DNA of 64,000 bases from Octopus sinensis (Eukaryota), in the NCBI RefSeq assembly GCF_006345805.1, contig NC_043014.1, forward strand, positions 38,068,001 through 38,132,000, written 5' to 3'. Of the stretch, positions 1 to 12,603 are shown piece by piece (the first letter of the stretch is position 1; the number at the start of each line of letters is the position of its first letter). The notes under the pieces were generated by a model, which was given only the letters and a program-made list of their open reading frames with translations, was not told the DNA's origin and ran no database searches. Made by a program: the position numbers and the translations under genes.

Positions 1-197
1 CTAAACAGGACGGGGGGTGGGGTGGATACGTATGATGAGTGATGATGGATTTCAGACAAAAGACACTAAAGTAAGATTAATAATAAAGCTGAAGAACGAG
101 TAGACAGTGCATATGATTATTTGCCAAAAGAAAAAATATGACCATCCCGAAATATAACAATATACATACAAACATACATATATATATATATATATAC

Positions 198-530
198 TGA
201 AGCTCCGGCGTCTGGCAATGGACTTGGTAAACACCCACAAAGTTATCAACCACCTCACCAACAACAACACTGAACACCTTTTTGATCTCCATGTGTCTAA
301 CACACGTGGACATGCCTACAAAGTCAGAAAACAACACAGCTCCCATGACTTTCGGAAACATTTTTTCACGCTCAGAGTTGCTGAAGCATGGAACAAACTG
401 CCTGCGTCAGTTGTTGACTGCCATGACACTGCATCCTTTAAGGCCCTCATGCTTTCCGAAATTCGCCGAAACTACACCTCATTATACATACACTTTAGAT
501 AAGTTGTAGTGCACCTGAGCACTGTACACA
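198..530 (+). mobile_element. CR1/L2-clade LINE, 3' terminal fragment
   Basis: ORF 218-502 reads LRRLAMDLVNTHKVI...TRGHAYKVRK...RKHFFTLRVAEAWNKLPASVV...FK, the typical C-terminus of CR1-type ORF2; followed by an (ATT)n/(TA)n tail. Confidence 0.85.
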
Positions 531-558
531 ATGTTTATTATATTATTATTTAATAATA

Positions 559-598
<40 letters not shown>

Positions 599-881
599 TA
601 AATTACAGATAAAACCACAATTAGGCAAACAGTGAAAAACATAAACCAAAATATAAAAAATAAATATAATTAATATAATATACAAAATATATAAAATATA
701 AAATTTAAAATTAAATTATTTAAATTTAAATTTTTTTTATTTAAAATTTTTAATTTATATTTATAAATTTTATATTTTTTATTTTTTAAATTTTAATTTT
801 ATAAATTTTTAAAATTTTTAATTTTTTAATATTTATATTATTTTTTAATTTTTAATTTTTTATAATATAATAAGTATAATA

Positions 882-942
<61 letters not shown>

Positions 943-964
943 CATACACTACACACTCATTAAA

Positions 965-1329
965 CTCGATTCCGTCGGTCACGAATGACCATGGGTGCAC
1001 CTAAGAGGTTCCCATCCGGGGTACAATTCTGGGCAGTAAGTCGCCTCACCGGCGCACGCACAACCTAAGGTTGTTTTTATAGAAGATCAGCAGTCACCCA
1101 TGCATGCCAATCACCCCTCTCCACGCCACCGATGTTATCCAAGGGAAAGGCAAAGGCCCATTCAACTTGGCACCGGTGACGTCGCAACTCATTTCTATAG
1201 CTGAGTGAACTGGAGCAACGTGGAATAAAGTGTCTTGCTCAAGAACACAATACGCAGCCCTGTCCGGGAATCGAAATCAACCGCACGATTGTAGGCTCGA
1301 CACTCTAACCACTGAGCCATGCGCCTTCA
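965..1329 (-). mobile_element. tRNA-derived SINE, head B + tail 4
   Basis: Reverse strand has A/B-box-like head (ggcgcatggctcagtggttag...ttcgattcc) and the gtgttcttgagcaagacactttatt core shared with the 6704 copy; distinct 3' half. Confidence 0.8.
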
Positions 1330-1544
1330 CAACATACATACAAAAATAAATGTGTGTGTGTATATAACAACCACGTGTGTACATAAACAAACTTACATTT
1401 GTTTTTAGAAGAGCCGAATGTGTATCGCACGATACAGACAAGAAAGTGGTATTTTCGAACGCAGTATCGCCGTTAAAACAGCACAAAAACTGGGCGATAT
1501 TACCCTTTCAAGGCGGAAAAAGTATGTATGTATGTGTGTAGATA

Positions 1545-1752
1545 TATGACCGCGTGTGTACTGTTGGCGATTTTTTTTCCTCTGTCTTCCCTTCTCTGGA
1601 TCTTTCCTTCTCCTATGTTTCCGACGAAGAGCTCCGCTCGACGAAAGTTAAACCCTCCTTCTTTCCTTCTTTCCTGAGCGTCCAATAATACTATTTGTTC
1701 CACGTCCTCGCGTTGTTGTGTTTTTTTGTGCTTTCATGTTTGGATTAACTAT
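1545..1752 (+). mobile_element. (TA)n-tailed short element family H2 with degenerate hammerhead-like motif
   Basis: Near-identical to 30040-30215; GUUU-CCGACGA-A-GAGC/GCUC at 1617-1653 with the GAAAC disrupted; ends in (TA)n. Confidence 0.7.
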
Positions 1753-2222
1753 ATATATATATATATATATATTAGAAGGTTTGGGGTATTATATATTAGA
1801 AGAAATGAGGTACTCAGAAATCTGGATGGTTTTATATTTACAGATATTTATTGATAGGTCGCATGTTAGCGCTTGCGTCAAACAAGAGCGGTGGATGTAT
1901 AAACAACAAAATTAGGTTGAGTTTTATTTGTGAAATGCAGTTGTTTTGAATTTGCTTCAGAAAGTTTTATTTGTGAAATGCGGTTGTTTTAAATTCGCTT
2001 CAGATCTATGCGCATAGTGGATGGTGGGAAGGGGGGCCACTAGGAATGTTGTATGGAACTTATTCTATCGCCTTCTTTTGCTGAACAGTTATTTTATTGG
2101 GACATAAACAAGTCAAAACCAATTGTCAAGTGATGGAGAAGACAAAAACACACACAAATGCAAAGACACACAAACACACAAACACACAAACACAAAAACA
2201 CACATATATACATACATATCTA

Positions 2223-2322
<100 letters not shown>

Positions 2323-2326
2323 ATAT

Positions 2327-2360
<34 letters not shown>

Positions 2361-2389
2361 AATACATAATACATATATATATATATTAC

Positions 2390-2425
<36 letters not shown>

Positions 2426-2460
2426 GTATGTGTGTGTGTGTGTGGTGTGTGTGTGTGAGT

Positions 2461-2760
2461 GAAGGCGCAATGGCCCAGTGGTTAGGGCAGCGGAGTCGCG
2501 GTCATAGGATCGCGGTTTCGATTCCCAGACCGGGCGTTGTGAGTGTTTATTGAGCGAAAAACACCTAAAACTCCACGAGGCTCCGGCAGGGGGTGGTGAT
2601 CCCTGCTGTACTCTTTCACCATTCTTTCTCTCTTTCTTCTGTTAGCCTGCTTGCTTAGCCAGCGGGGTGGCGTCATTTGAAGGCTAAAACAGTGCGAACG
2701 CATTGTGACCAGCGATGTGTAAAACATCTGATGGTCTGGTCGGTCACGTGATCACGTGAT
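2461..2760 (+). mobile_element. tRNA-derived SINE, head A + tail 2
   Basis: A box tggcccagtggtt, B-box-like ggtttcgattccc; matches the reverse complement of 44634-44936. Confidence 0.85.
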
Positions 2761-3182
2761 ATAACACACGAGTTTATAATCAAAGACAAGAATTCATATC
2801 AAACTAGCTGCAGCTAACTACCTAGAACCCACAAGAGTAAAAAAGAGAGACAGAGACAGATAGAAAAAAGGAAATTGTCCCTTGCATTTGAAAAGTATGG
2901 AAATATTTTTAAAGAAGACTTCATGTAATTTTTTCACAATTTTATTGTTTTTCATGCTTTACTCCAAGTTGAAAAGTCACAAAGACTGAAACCGGTACCA
3001 AAATGCTCTTCATGATAAAATCATTTTAGCATTTTCTACCTTTTCTTATTTTCCTTATATAAATATATATATATATATATATATTTCAACAATTGGGGCA
3101 AAATTATTAATTATTAATCAATTTCACCAAGTGTTCAGTATGCAAAGGGACCATTCAAGGCGAATTCAATTATTACATTATA

Positions 3183-3759
3183 TAAAAGGGCTTAGTAAAA
3201 TAAATTACTTTGCCGCATACTGAACTCATTAGAAATAGCAGCTAAAACTTTTTAAAGCTATTTCTAATACTTAAAGAAAATCTCTCTCATATATAGTGTT
3301 TGCTTAATTCAACTCACAAAAGTTTGGGGGTAAGGACATCGAAAAATCAAATTGCTAAGGTTATTTGAGAACGTACGTTTCAAGATTAGTCAAAAACAAC
3401 ACTTCATCATCAGTCAGAAATTCCTTGGTTGGATTTGGAAACACTGAAAATAAGAACATACCCTTTCGAAGATCTTCGAAAGGGTATGTTCTTATTTTCA
3501 GTGTTTCCAAATCCAAACCAAGGAATTTCTGAGCTGATGATAGAAGTGTTGTTTTTTGACTAATCTTGAAACGTACGTTCTCAAATAACCTAGCATTTGA
3601 TTTTTCGATGTCCTTACCCCAACTTTTGTGAGTTGATTAAGCAACACTATATATGAGAGAGATTTTCTTTAAGTATTAGAAATAGCTTTAAAAAAGTTTT
3701 TAGCGCTCTTTCTATGAGTTCAGTATGCGGCAAAGTAATTTATTTTACTAAGCCCTTTT

Positions 3760-3760
<1 letters not shown>
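3183..3760. repeat. 578-bp spacerless palindrome; each arm carries a hammerhead-like motif
   Basis: Centre ttcgaaga|tcttcgaa at 3472/3473; the arms are reverse complements with a few small indels. Confidence 0.95.
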
Positions 3761-3833
<73 letters not shown>

Positions 3834-4169
3834 AAAGTCCGTGAACATCGTCATTTCACCTAGAAGAAATAGTCCTATAGAGATGGGATGATTCTAACTC
3901 GAATACTATTGATGACATATCTTCTCGAACATGACTGTCCTGGGCTTAACACAAATAACTTATGAGTCAATGAAAGAAACCTTCATCATCATTTGTTCAG
4001 CTATATATAAAAATCAAATCTTCCTCACATTATCCCCTACTTGGCCCTAAACAACAAACTTAAAATCCTTCCTTTGGCGGTAATGCTGCTGTGATATTTA
4101 CCATTATCTTTTAAACTTTTGTTTTAGACAAAGAAATTAACTCATTCACCGCTAAAGTGACAGAGAACA

Positions 4170-4380
4170 ATGACGAAAGGCGAAACGAAAGTTCCCATTG
4201 TTCCAGATGGTGGCTACGGATGGATTGTATGTATTGCCGCCCTACTTAGTAATTGCATTATCTCTGGATTTGCATTATCAGCCGGGGTTCTATTGGTCGA
4301 ACTTTTAAAGAACTTCAATGAACCAGTCTCTACGATATCACTTATTCTTTCTCTAAGAACCGGCTTGAATTTATGTGTTG
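4170..4380 (+). CDS. SLC16-like: SLC16/MCT-family transporter, coding exon 1
   Basis: ATG 4170, signature PDGGYGWIV; donor GTAAGT at 4381, phase 1. An upstream acceptor (ttttag 4122-4127) suggests an additional 5' UTR exon. Confidence 0.95.
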
Positions 4381-4592
4381 GTAAGTAATATTTCTTCACT
4401 GTACGAATTTTCTTTAATCTATGAGGGTTTTTTAAATATATTTTAGTTTTTTTTTTTTTTACTGGTGTGGTCCTTCGAAAATTCCACAGAACGACAAGGA
4501 TTAAGAGAAGCTACTTAAGATAGAAAGGATGATTTGCAATTTTATTTTTATTTTGCCTAAGTTATCTAACCTCCAGCCACAATAATATATTA

Positions 4593-4891
4593 CAGGGATT
4601 CCCCGACTCGTGCGAGTTCAACTTGGCGAAATTCGACTTGCGCGAGCCAACTTTTGATACCGAGTGTTCAGGTTGCGCGAGTTGTATTCTCGACTTGCGC
4701 TTGTTGAAAAAATATTTATTATCCATGGTTGCATTGTATTGTCTGTTATCTTGTTATCTATTCATCATTTCAAATATACATAAAGTAAAAATAATTGTGT
4801 TTGAGTAATTGATTACAATATCTGGTACTCGACTTGCGCGAATTTCGAATTGCGCGTCTCTCAATTATTCGCGCAAGTCGAGGAATCCCTG
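4593..4891. mobile_element. Tc1/mariner-superfamily (pogo/Tigger-like) MITE
   Basis: TIRs cagggattccccgactc / aagtcgaggaatccctg, TA on both sides (4591-92, 4892-93). Confidence 0.85.
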
Positions 4892-5852
4892 TATATGGTT
4901 TTAAAATTTCCCTTTGATAAGCGCTTTATGCTTCTCTCTTTCTCTCTACCTCTTCAACAAACACTTTACCCATGTAATCTCCCTCAACATGCTTTTGACG
5001 TTACTCTCTTTCTCTTCACCTCTCACTTCCTCTAACCACGTGAGTGACAACATAATGCATCGGTTGGCTGTCTACTCTCACTCTCATATTCCCTCTTTCT
5101 CTCTCTCACTCCAGCACCTCCTCTTCCTCTTCTTTCTCCTGCTCTTCCTCCTCCTCCTCTCTAACAAACTAAAGCGTAAAGTGTGAATAAACAGGCAGAA
5201 GAATAATATTATAGATTTTGAGCAATAAAAATACTTTTTACTATCAACACACTACGCCACCATCACCCCACCACCCTCACCACCAGCACCACAACCAGCA
5301 CCAGCACCAGCACCAGCACCACACCATACCACCACCACCACCATACCACCACCACCACCATACCACCACCACCACCACCACCACACCATCACACCATCAT
5401 CATCACTTTAGTTTTCATTTCAGTTAAGCTGTTTATATCTTCCTGTCGATGTATCTCTACTCTGACAATACAAACGCTTTCTGTATCCAACTTCTCTCAC
5501 TCTTAATGTAACTGCCTTACCTGTCCGTCTCTCTCTATCTGCCTTTCTTTAACCTCACCACCTGGACATCACCCTCTGCTGAATATTGTATCCTAAATAT
5601 ATCTCTTTCTCTTTACCTTTTCCTCTCCACCCTACAGCACGTCGTTAACACTTCTCTCTCCCTTTTTTCTCTCTTCCTCTTTTCTCTCGCCGCTTTTGGC
5701 CTTATACATTTTTCTCTACTTCTTTCTCACTTCTTTTTGCTCTGCTCATATTCTCCCTCATTCATTTTACTCCACCCCTCATTTACTCCACCCCTCATTT
5801 ACTCCACCTCAGTCTCTCTAACTAACTAAAGTATAACGGGTGAACGAATTAG

Positions 5853-5916
<64 letters not shown>

Positions 5917-5919
5917 TAT

Positions 5920-6014
5920 CGCTATCCCACTATTGTCCCACTTTTCTTCAACGCTCCCTTGGAACTTTCCACAGCCTCCCAGAGGGGCAATACCGCCCAT
6001 TTTGGGAAACACTG
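5920..6014 (-). mobile_element. hAT-like MITE terminus
   Basis: Reverse strand starts cagtgtttcccaaaatgggcggt, a Charlie-type hAT end; the partner end was not found. Confidence 0.5.
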
Positions 6015-6027
6015 GTTTAGTCGAACA

Positions 6028-6077
<50 letters not shown>

Positions 6078-6703
6078 GTGTTTATCTATCTGTCTATTTA
6101 TCTATCTATCAGCGTGCCTGGAGATTTTTTCGGCTTTAATAAAAGTATATAGACAGATGATAGATAGACACATACATACATACATACATACATACATACA
6201 TACATACATACATACATACATACATACATACATACATACATACATGCATACATACATACATACATGGATAGGCATGAAAGTTAATTCTACCTGGATTTAT
6301 TGCAATATAATAACATACTGGGGTTTAATTACCTTGCTAATTACCGTGAATAGTTTTTAAAAAATTTTTATTCGTCAGTTTCTCTATACTAATTATACTT
6401 CGGCATGTAAAACCATTAATCCAGACGCGGTTATTTTTCTCTCTCTTCGTTCTCTCTCTCTCTCTCTCCCGCCCTCTCTCTCTCTCTCTGTCTCTCCCCA
6501 CCCACACACACTCTCTCTTTCTCTCACGTACACACAGACATAAAGAGAGAGATAATAGACAGACTAACACATGTTCAATGGGCAGTTTTGAGCGACTCAT
6601 TTTGGTGAACTTTCGAAGATACTCTCAATATTTTCACGGAAAAAATGAATTTCAACGTTTTTATATCTAATTAATTAAAACTCTTATGCTATTATATCAA
6701 CGT

Positions 6704-6965
6704 CGTAGAGGCGCGTGGTTTAGTGGGTAGGGTGTCAGCATCATGATCACAAGTTTGTGGTTTCGATTCCTGGACCGGGCGACGCGTTGTGTTCTTGAGC
6801 AAAACACTTCATTTCACGTTGCTCCAGTCCACTCAGCTGGCAAAAATGAGTAACACTGCGATGGACTGGCGTCCCGTCCAGCTGAGGAACACATATGCCA
6901 TAGAAACCGGAAGACTGGGCTCATGAGCCTGGATAGGCATTAAAAAGGGCACATTTATATTTTAT
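6704..6965 (+). mobile_element. tRNA-derived SINE, head B + tail 3
   Basis: tRNA-like head; TSD tattatatcaacgt (6690-6703) / tattatgtcaacgt (6966-6979). Confidence 0.85.
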
Positions 6966-7035
6966 TATTATGTCAACGTACATACATGTATACATTCTAT
7001 ATACACATGCACTCACACATGTATATACTTACACA

Positions 7036-7077
<42 letters not shown>

Positions 7078-7285
7078 AGTCAGGACGCCATGATAGATCG
7101 TTAGCTCCTACACGCATTTTTTTCTCTCCTTGTTTCTTTTCTGTGTCTCTTTCTGACGAAGAGCGTAGGCTCGAAACGTAAAATACTTTTTCTATTTCTA
7201 TTCCTGAGCACCATACTAATACATTTGTTTGTTTGTACTCCACCTGCCTTCGTCTTCTGTTCATTTTCGTAAACTTCCCCTTTAT
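7078..7285 (+). mobile_element. (TA)n-associated short element family H1 with hammerhead-like motif
   Basis: Matches 30472-30670 and 36265-36482; UUU-CUGACGA-A-GAGC(GUAG)GCUC-GAAA-CGUA-AAA at 7150-7183. Confidence 0.75.
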
Positions 7286-7572
7286 ATATATAAATACAAA
7301 GACGCACACACAAATGTGTGTATATACATATACATACACACACATATATCGTCGACAGAGACGATGACATGAATAATAATAATAAATATTCCTGTTGCTG
7401 TTGTTGTTGTTGTCGTTTAGCGTCACAGTCATCCCAGATCGACATTGTTTTTTTTTTGCTGTACTCAGAACTACATTGCTCAGTTTACACTTCGAGTTCC
7501 TTTGAAGACGATAGATCGTGTGATTAAAAGGTAGACTTGGTTGATACTTTTGATTGTCCGATGCTCTGCATA

Positions 7573-7700
<128 letters not shown>

Positions 7701-7843
7701 TTCCCACTCATGATCGTAGTATCGTGGCTGGCAGTATTTCGTTACAAAATTGGACAGCTTTTAATTATAGTCGCATTTACTATCCAAGTTCAAATATCAC
7801 CGACATTGACCTCGTTTTCCGTCATAATAGTGACGATAAAATA

Positions 7844-8059
7844 TTAGGTTGTCCGGAAAGTTCGTACCGATTTTTAAAAAAAGGAAATAAAAAGGTCAAT
7901 AAATACTTGACATTACATTTTTAATCAACCAAATATGAACCATTTTGTTGCACAATGCGTCTCCATCTTTCCTTTAACTTAAAAAAACCCTCTTCCCAGA
8001 ATTAAGGTGCCTGGGAGGTAAGCTACTGTAAATCGGCACGAACTTTCCGGACAACGCAA
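7844..8059. mobile_element. mariner-like MITE
   Basis: TIRs ttaggttgtccggaaagttcgtaccgattt / aaatcggcacgaactttccggacaacgcaa, TA on both sides. Confidence 0.9.
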
Positions 8060-8149
8060 TATATTCCTCTCAAACGATAAGATGGACTTCAGCCACAATT
8101 ATTTTCTTCCTTTCCTTCTTTTATTCTTTCTTTCTTTCTTTCTTTTTCT

Positions 8150-8184
<35 letters not shown>

Positions 8185-8318
8185 CCCTTCCTTCCTTCCT
8201 TTATTTATTTATTTATTTATTGTATATCTTATACTTTTAACAATTATTGACCAAAATTAACTAAATTTCACACTGCCAGTAAATACGAAAGTGGCTAATT
8301 AGTAAAATAGTTAATTTG

Positions 8319-8370
<52 letters not shown>

Positions 8371-8674
8371 ATCTATCTATCTATCTATCTATTTATCTGT
8401 CTGTCTGTCTGCCTGTCTATCTATACACATCATTGAGTCACAAGGGAATGGAAATTGCGTAGTAAGCTTCATTAGTTTACAGCTGTTTCGGCAATGAGAA
8501 GTTGTGCACTTACAACTGAGTGCATCTGCAACATCTTATTACAGAAACAACTGTAAGGTAATGAGGTTGAAAGCGTAATTCTTATTCCCTTGTCATTCTA
8601 TAATTTATACTAATTTATACTAAAGCTTATGAATACTGGGCTCTAATAACGGAAGCGAAATTATACATATGTGT

Positions 8675-8743
<69 letters not shown>

Positions 8744-8748
8744 TGTGT

Positions 8749-8890
8749 TAACTGGTACTTATTTCATCGACCCCGAAAGGATGAAAGGCAAAGTGGTCTT
8801 CGGCAGAATTTGAACCCAGAACAAAAATGGGCTAAACACCGCTAAGCATATTGCGTGGCGTGCTAACGATTCTGCCAGCTCGCTGCCTTC
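8749..8890 (-). mobile_element. SINE family C (most abundant; head ggcggcgagctggcagaatcgttagc)
   Basis: Shared core gagttcaaattccgccgaggtcgactttgcctttcatcc...gataaaataagtaccagt. Other copies at about 9745-9962+, 10255-10455+, 13725-13915+, 15265-15420+, 34305-34445-, 37320-37460-, 37553-37750+, 46960-47125+. Confidence 0.85.
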
Positions 8891-9014
8891 GTTTTTATTT
8901 AAATTGTGTCAGCGCACTGTATTAACATATAATTATGTCAGTTATACATTTTTCTTTCAGCTTGTCATTGTGTTAGTAGCCAGTGGCTTATATGAAAAGC
9001 CTTATTGTATTATT

Positions 9015-9435
9015 GGCAATCTTTCGTCTCTAGTAGACCTTTCCGTCGATTTCCGTAAAATTTTTTTTTTCTTTTACATATGGGCTTGCAGGAACTTTTG
9101 AAGTAATGAGAGCGAAAGAGACTAAGAGAAAGCGATTGTATGACGAAGGAAGTTCTTTTGAAGTTACCGTGCATGGGAGCATTGATGGACATGTGTGTAT
9201 GTGTGTGTTTGATGGGGTGTGGGAGACAGACAGTATGTTGTGTAAGTGAAGTGCTTCTGTTAGTGTGTGTGAAGAGACAGAGTAATGTGTGTGAAAGAAA
9301 GAGATAACTGAAATTTTTTACTCGGTGTATGTGTATATGTATGTATATTACTTCAAAAGTTCCTGCAAGCCCATATGTAAAAAAATTTTTTTTACGGAAA
9401 TCAACGGAAAGGTCTACTAGAGACGTGAGATCGCC
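9015..9435. mobile_element. Merlin-like MITE, family 1
   Basis: About 80-bp TIRs starting GG and ending CC; perfect 8-bp TSD gtattatt (9007-9014, 9436-9443). Confidence 0.8.
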
Positions 9436-9507
9436 GTATTATTAAATAGACCAAAAACTAAAAACACTATAATCATTTTGAAAATATTTTTGTCCATCTA
9501 TTTACAG

Positions 9508-9651
9508 GGCCTTTTGTGACTATTTTGTTGAAACGTTTCACCCACCGTAAAATTATTATAGTGGGAGGACTGATTGGTTTTATCTCGCACTTTTCTAGTA
9601 CCTATGTCAATAGAGTTGATGTTTTAATCCTAACCTATGGCGTATTAGGAG
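9508..9651 (+). CDS. SLC16-like: SLC16/MCT-family transporter, coding exon 2
   Basis: tttacag|GG...GGAG|gtaagt; 144 nt; GPFVTILLKRFTHRKIIIVGG...LILTYGVLG. Confidence 0.95.
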
Positions 9652-10647
9652 GTAAGTTTCTTTCCGTTGAGATATATTATCTCATATTTCTTCTTTTTAT
9701 TTTTCATTTCATTCATCGCACTTGATATATCATTTTTCCTTCTTAGGCAGCATGATGACAGAATCGTTAGCGCGCCAAGCAAAATGCTTAGCGGCATTTC
9801 GTCCGTCCTCACGTTCCGAGTTCAAATTCCGCCGAGGTCGACTTTGCCTTTCGTTCTTTCGGGGCCGATAAAAAGAATTCCAGTTGAACCCTGGGATCAA
9901 TGTAATCGATTGTCCCCCTCCCCCACCCACGAAACTGCTGCCCTTGTGCCAGATCTGAAATCAATATATGAGTTTTCCTTATACATAGTTGTATGGATAA
10001 AATATTGCTTTAGTAGCTCAAACATCGTGGTTTCATAATTCTTGTTTAACCCTAAGTCAGACCTGACCTTGCAGACATGTGAACAATATCGGTCATTTAT
10101 TTTAAGGGTATGATTTGAAATATTTGTAATTTTAGCAAACTTTTTCTCTGAATTTCAAATCAGTTCCTTTACTAAATTCGTATACTGTACATAGCAAAAT
10201 AACATCAGATCTAGTCTTTCAGCCTCTGTTCATAGTTAATAGTGCTCACATCGGAGGATTGGATGAGCCAGCAGAACGCCGGTGAAAAGATTTTGCGCTA
10301 CTTCTAGCTCTTCAGGAACTGAGTTCAAATCCCACTGTAGTCACTTTTATCGTTCACTCTTTTGGGGGGTCGATAAAATGAGTACCAGTTGAACTCTGGA
10401 GTCGATGTAATCGTCTATTCCCTTTCCCCAGAATGTCAGGCTTTATCCATTTCAGAAAGGAAGCAGAGTATCTCAATAGAGGCGTTTTTCTTTCATTTTT
10501 AACTTCAAGAGTTTACACAACGACAGACACTGCTCGGTATGTAACATCGCTTAGAACTGTTATGTTTTCGATGTAGATTTTCGGTAACATTTTGTCCATC
10601 TTTTTCACTACTTTATATAGTTTTCTTCTTTCGATTCTTCTCAGAGG

Positions 10648-10708
<61 letters not shown>

Positions 10709-10766
10709 AACAACAACAACAATAATAATGATAATAATAATAATAACAATCATATTATCATTATTA

Positions 10767-10800
<34 letters not shown>

Positions 10801-10886
10801 CATCTTTATTGTGCTCCTTCCCCCCTCCTCCTCCTCCTCCTCATCATCATCATCATTATAATAATAATAATAATTATTATTATTAT

Positions 10887-11203
10887 ATGAAAACTCACTG
10901 CTTATTTTGCTGAGTATGATGGAAAGTATCAGCTTTCCACAGCCAGCAGACTAAGGTGACACTTGTTTACTGGTCATGCTTCAAGAACCCTGATAAGAAT
11001 TCTTGCAGTTCCAAGTAATGCTGTTTTTTTTTTCACATTTGTACAGATCTTTTAGCCATGTTGGTAGTTGAGTACTGATACTTCCAAGTGCACCAATTAC
11101 TATTGTTATCACGTCTGCTCTCTTCATTGAGCACAACCTTCGTATTTCCCACTTTAAATCGTCGTAGTTGTTTTATTTTGTCTTTTTTCACATTGATCCT
11201 GTA

Positions 11204-11205
<2 letters not shown>
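10887..11205 (-). mobile_element. REL-endonuclease (R4/Dong-like or related) LINE, 3' fragment
   Basis: Reverse strand reads YDDLKWEIRRL...VITIVIGALG...KTALLGTARILIRVLEA*; (TAA)n on both sides. Confidence 0.75.
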
Positions 11206-11261
<56 letters not shown>

Positions 11262-11268
11262 GTTACAG

Positions 11269-11550
11269 GAATATCTTTAGGAATGTGCTTTTTCGCGGCC
11301 AATGTTATAGTCGGCCATTATTTCGACAAGAAACGTGCTACTGCCGTCGGCATGGCTGTCTGTGGAGTGGGTCTCGGAATGTTCATTTTCAACAATGTCA
11401 CTGAAATGCTACTTCAACATTATGGCCTGAAAGGGACACTGCTACTTTCTTCTGGGATAGTACTCAATCTGGTTCCCCTAGGAGCTCTGGTACGGCCTTT
11501 GAAATATAAAACTGTTTCAGAATGTGAAGAGTTACAGGTGATAGAGTTAG
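11269..11550 (+). CDS. SLC16-like: SLC16/MCT-family transporter, coding exon 3
   Basis: gttacag|GA...TTAG|gtaagt; 282 nt; signature YFDKKRATAVGMAVCG and LGALVRP. Confidence 0.95.
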
Positions 11551-11674
11551 GTAAGTTTAATAATTACTAATTACTACTAATTAAGTAAGCTAAATAATTA
11601 CTAAATTATTCATCGGAAATAATCAAAATTGATTTATATTTAGACTTTTATACTCGAAGCAGATATACACTGAT

Positions 11675-11892
11675 TACTCTTTTACTCTTTTACTTGTTTC
11701 AGCCATATGACTGTGGCCATGCTGGAGCACCACCTGTAGTCGAGCAAATTAACCCCAGGACTTATCCTTGTAAGCCTAGTACTTATTCTATCAGATCTCT
11801 TTTGCCGAACCGCTAAGTTACAGGGACGTAAACACACCGGCATCGGTTGTCAAGCGATGTTGGGGGGACAAACACAGACACAACATAACACA

Positions 11893-11931
<39 letters not shown>

Positions 11932-11972
11932 TACATACATACATACATACATACATACATACATACACACAC

Positions 11973-12003
<31 letters not shown>

Positions 12004-12140
12004 CGACGGGCTTCCTTCAGTTTCCGCCTACCAAATCCACTCACAAGGCTTTGGTCGGCCCGAGGCTATAGTAGAACACACTTGCCCAGTGGGACTGAAC
12101 CCGGAACCATGTGGTTCGTAAGCAAGCTGCTTACTACAAA
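11675..12140 (-). mobile_element. SINE family D
   Basis: Reverse complement of the full-length copy 60819-61238. Other copies: 16638-17050-, 41446-41840-, 41922-42265-, 47245-47525-, 54911-55062-, 56175-56380-, 61640-61795-. Confidence 0.9.
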
Positions 12141-12603
12141 GCCACTCCTATACTTGCATACAAACATTCATGATCACATAAAAAAGTATACAAAAGTATC
12201 CATAAATAAAAATATATAAACAGTGTAGATGTGGGAAAAGATTTAGGACCTTAACAAAGCCAACAAATAGATTGGCGTAGAAAGGGAACTATTCTTTATC
12301 CCATGGCCACTCCATTAATTTGCTCGAAGACCTTTGAGAGTGAGAACATGTTCTGCTAAATGGGAGAAGGTAGAGATTCAAAGAAGTTAAGGATCAGGGA
12401 TCAAGGAAGTACCAGAAGCTGCGGAGGCCATCGTTGTAAACATTAGAGTGTCCAGATATAAAGTTCTTCAAGGTGGTGCCGTAGCATGGCCGCAATCAAA
12501 TGACTGAAACAAGTAAAAGATAAAAGACAAAAAATAAATACATTTTTTTTTCATAAATAATTCACGCTATGAACTAAACAAATCTTTTTTTTGTTTTTAA
12601 TAG

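Noticed and set aside
600-880. Extremely AT-rich tract
   Set aside because: Degraded or noisy (TA)n-like low-complexity sequence with no definable unit.
2461-2535. tRNA-like sequences at SINE 5' ends
   Set aside because: No complete cloverleaf, and they continue into repeat bodies with TSDs; these are SINE heads, not tRNA genes.
8904-9101. ORF with acceptor-like tttctttcag
   Set aside because: Runs into the MITE TIR; no SLC16 similarity; not needed by the gene model.
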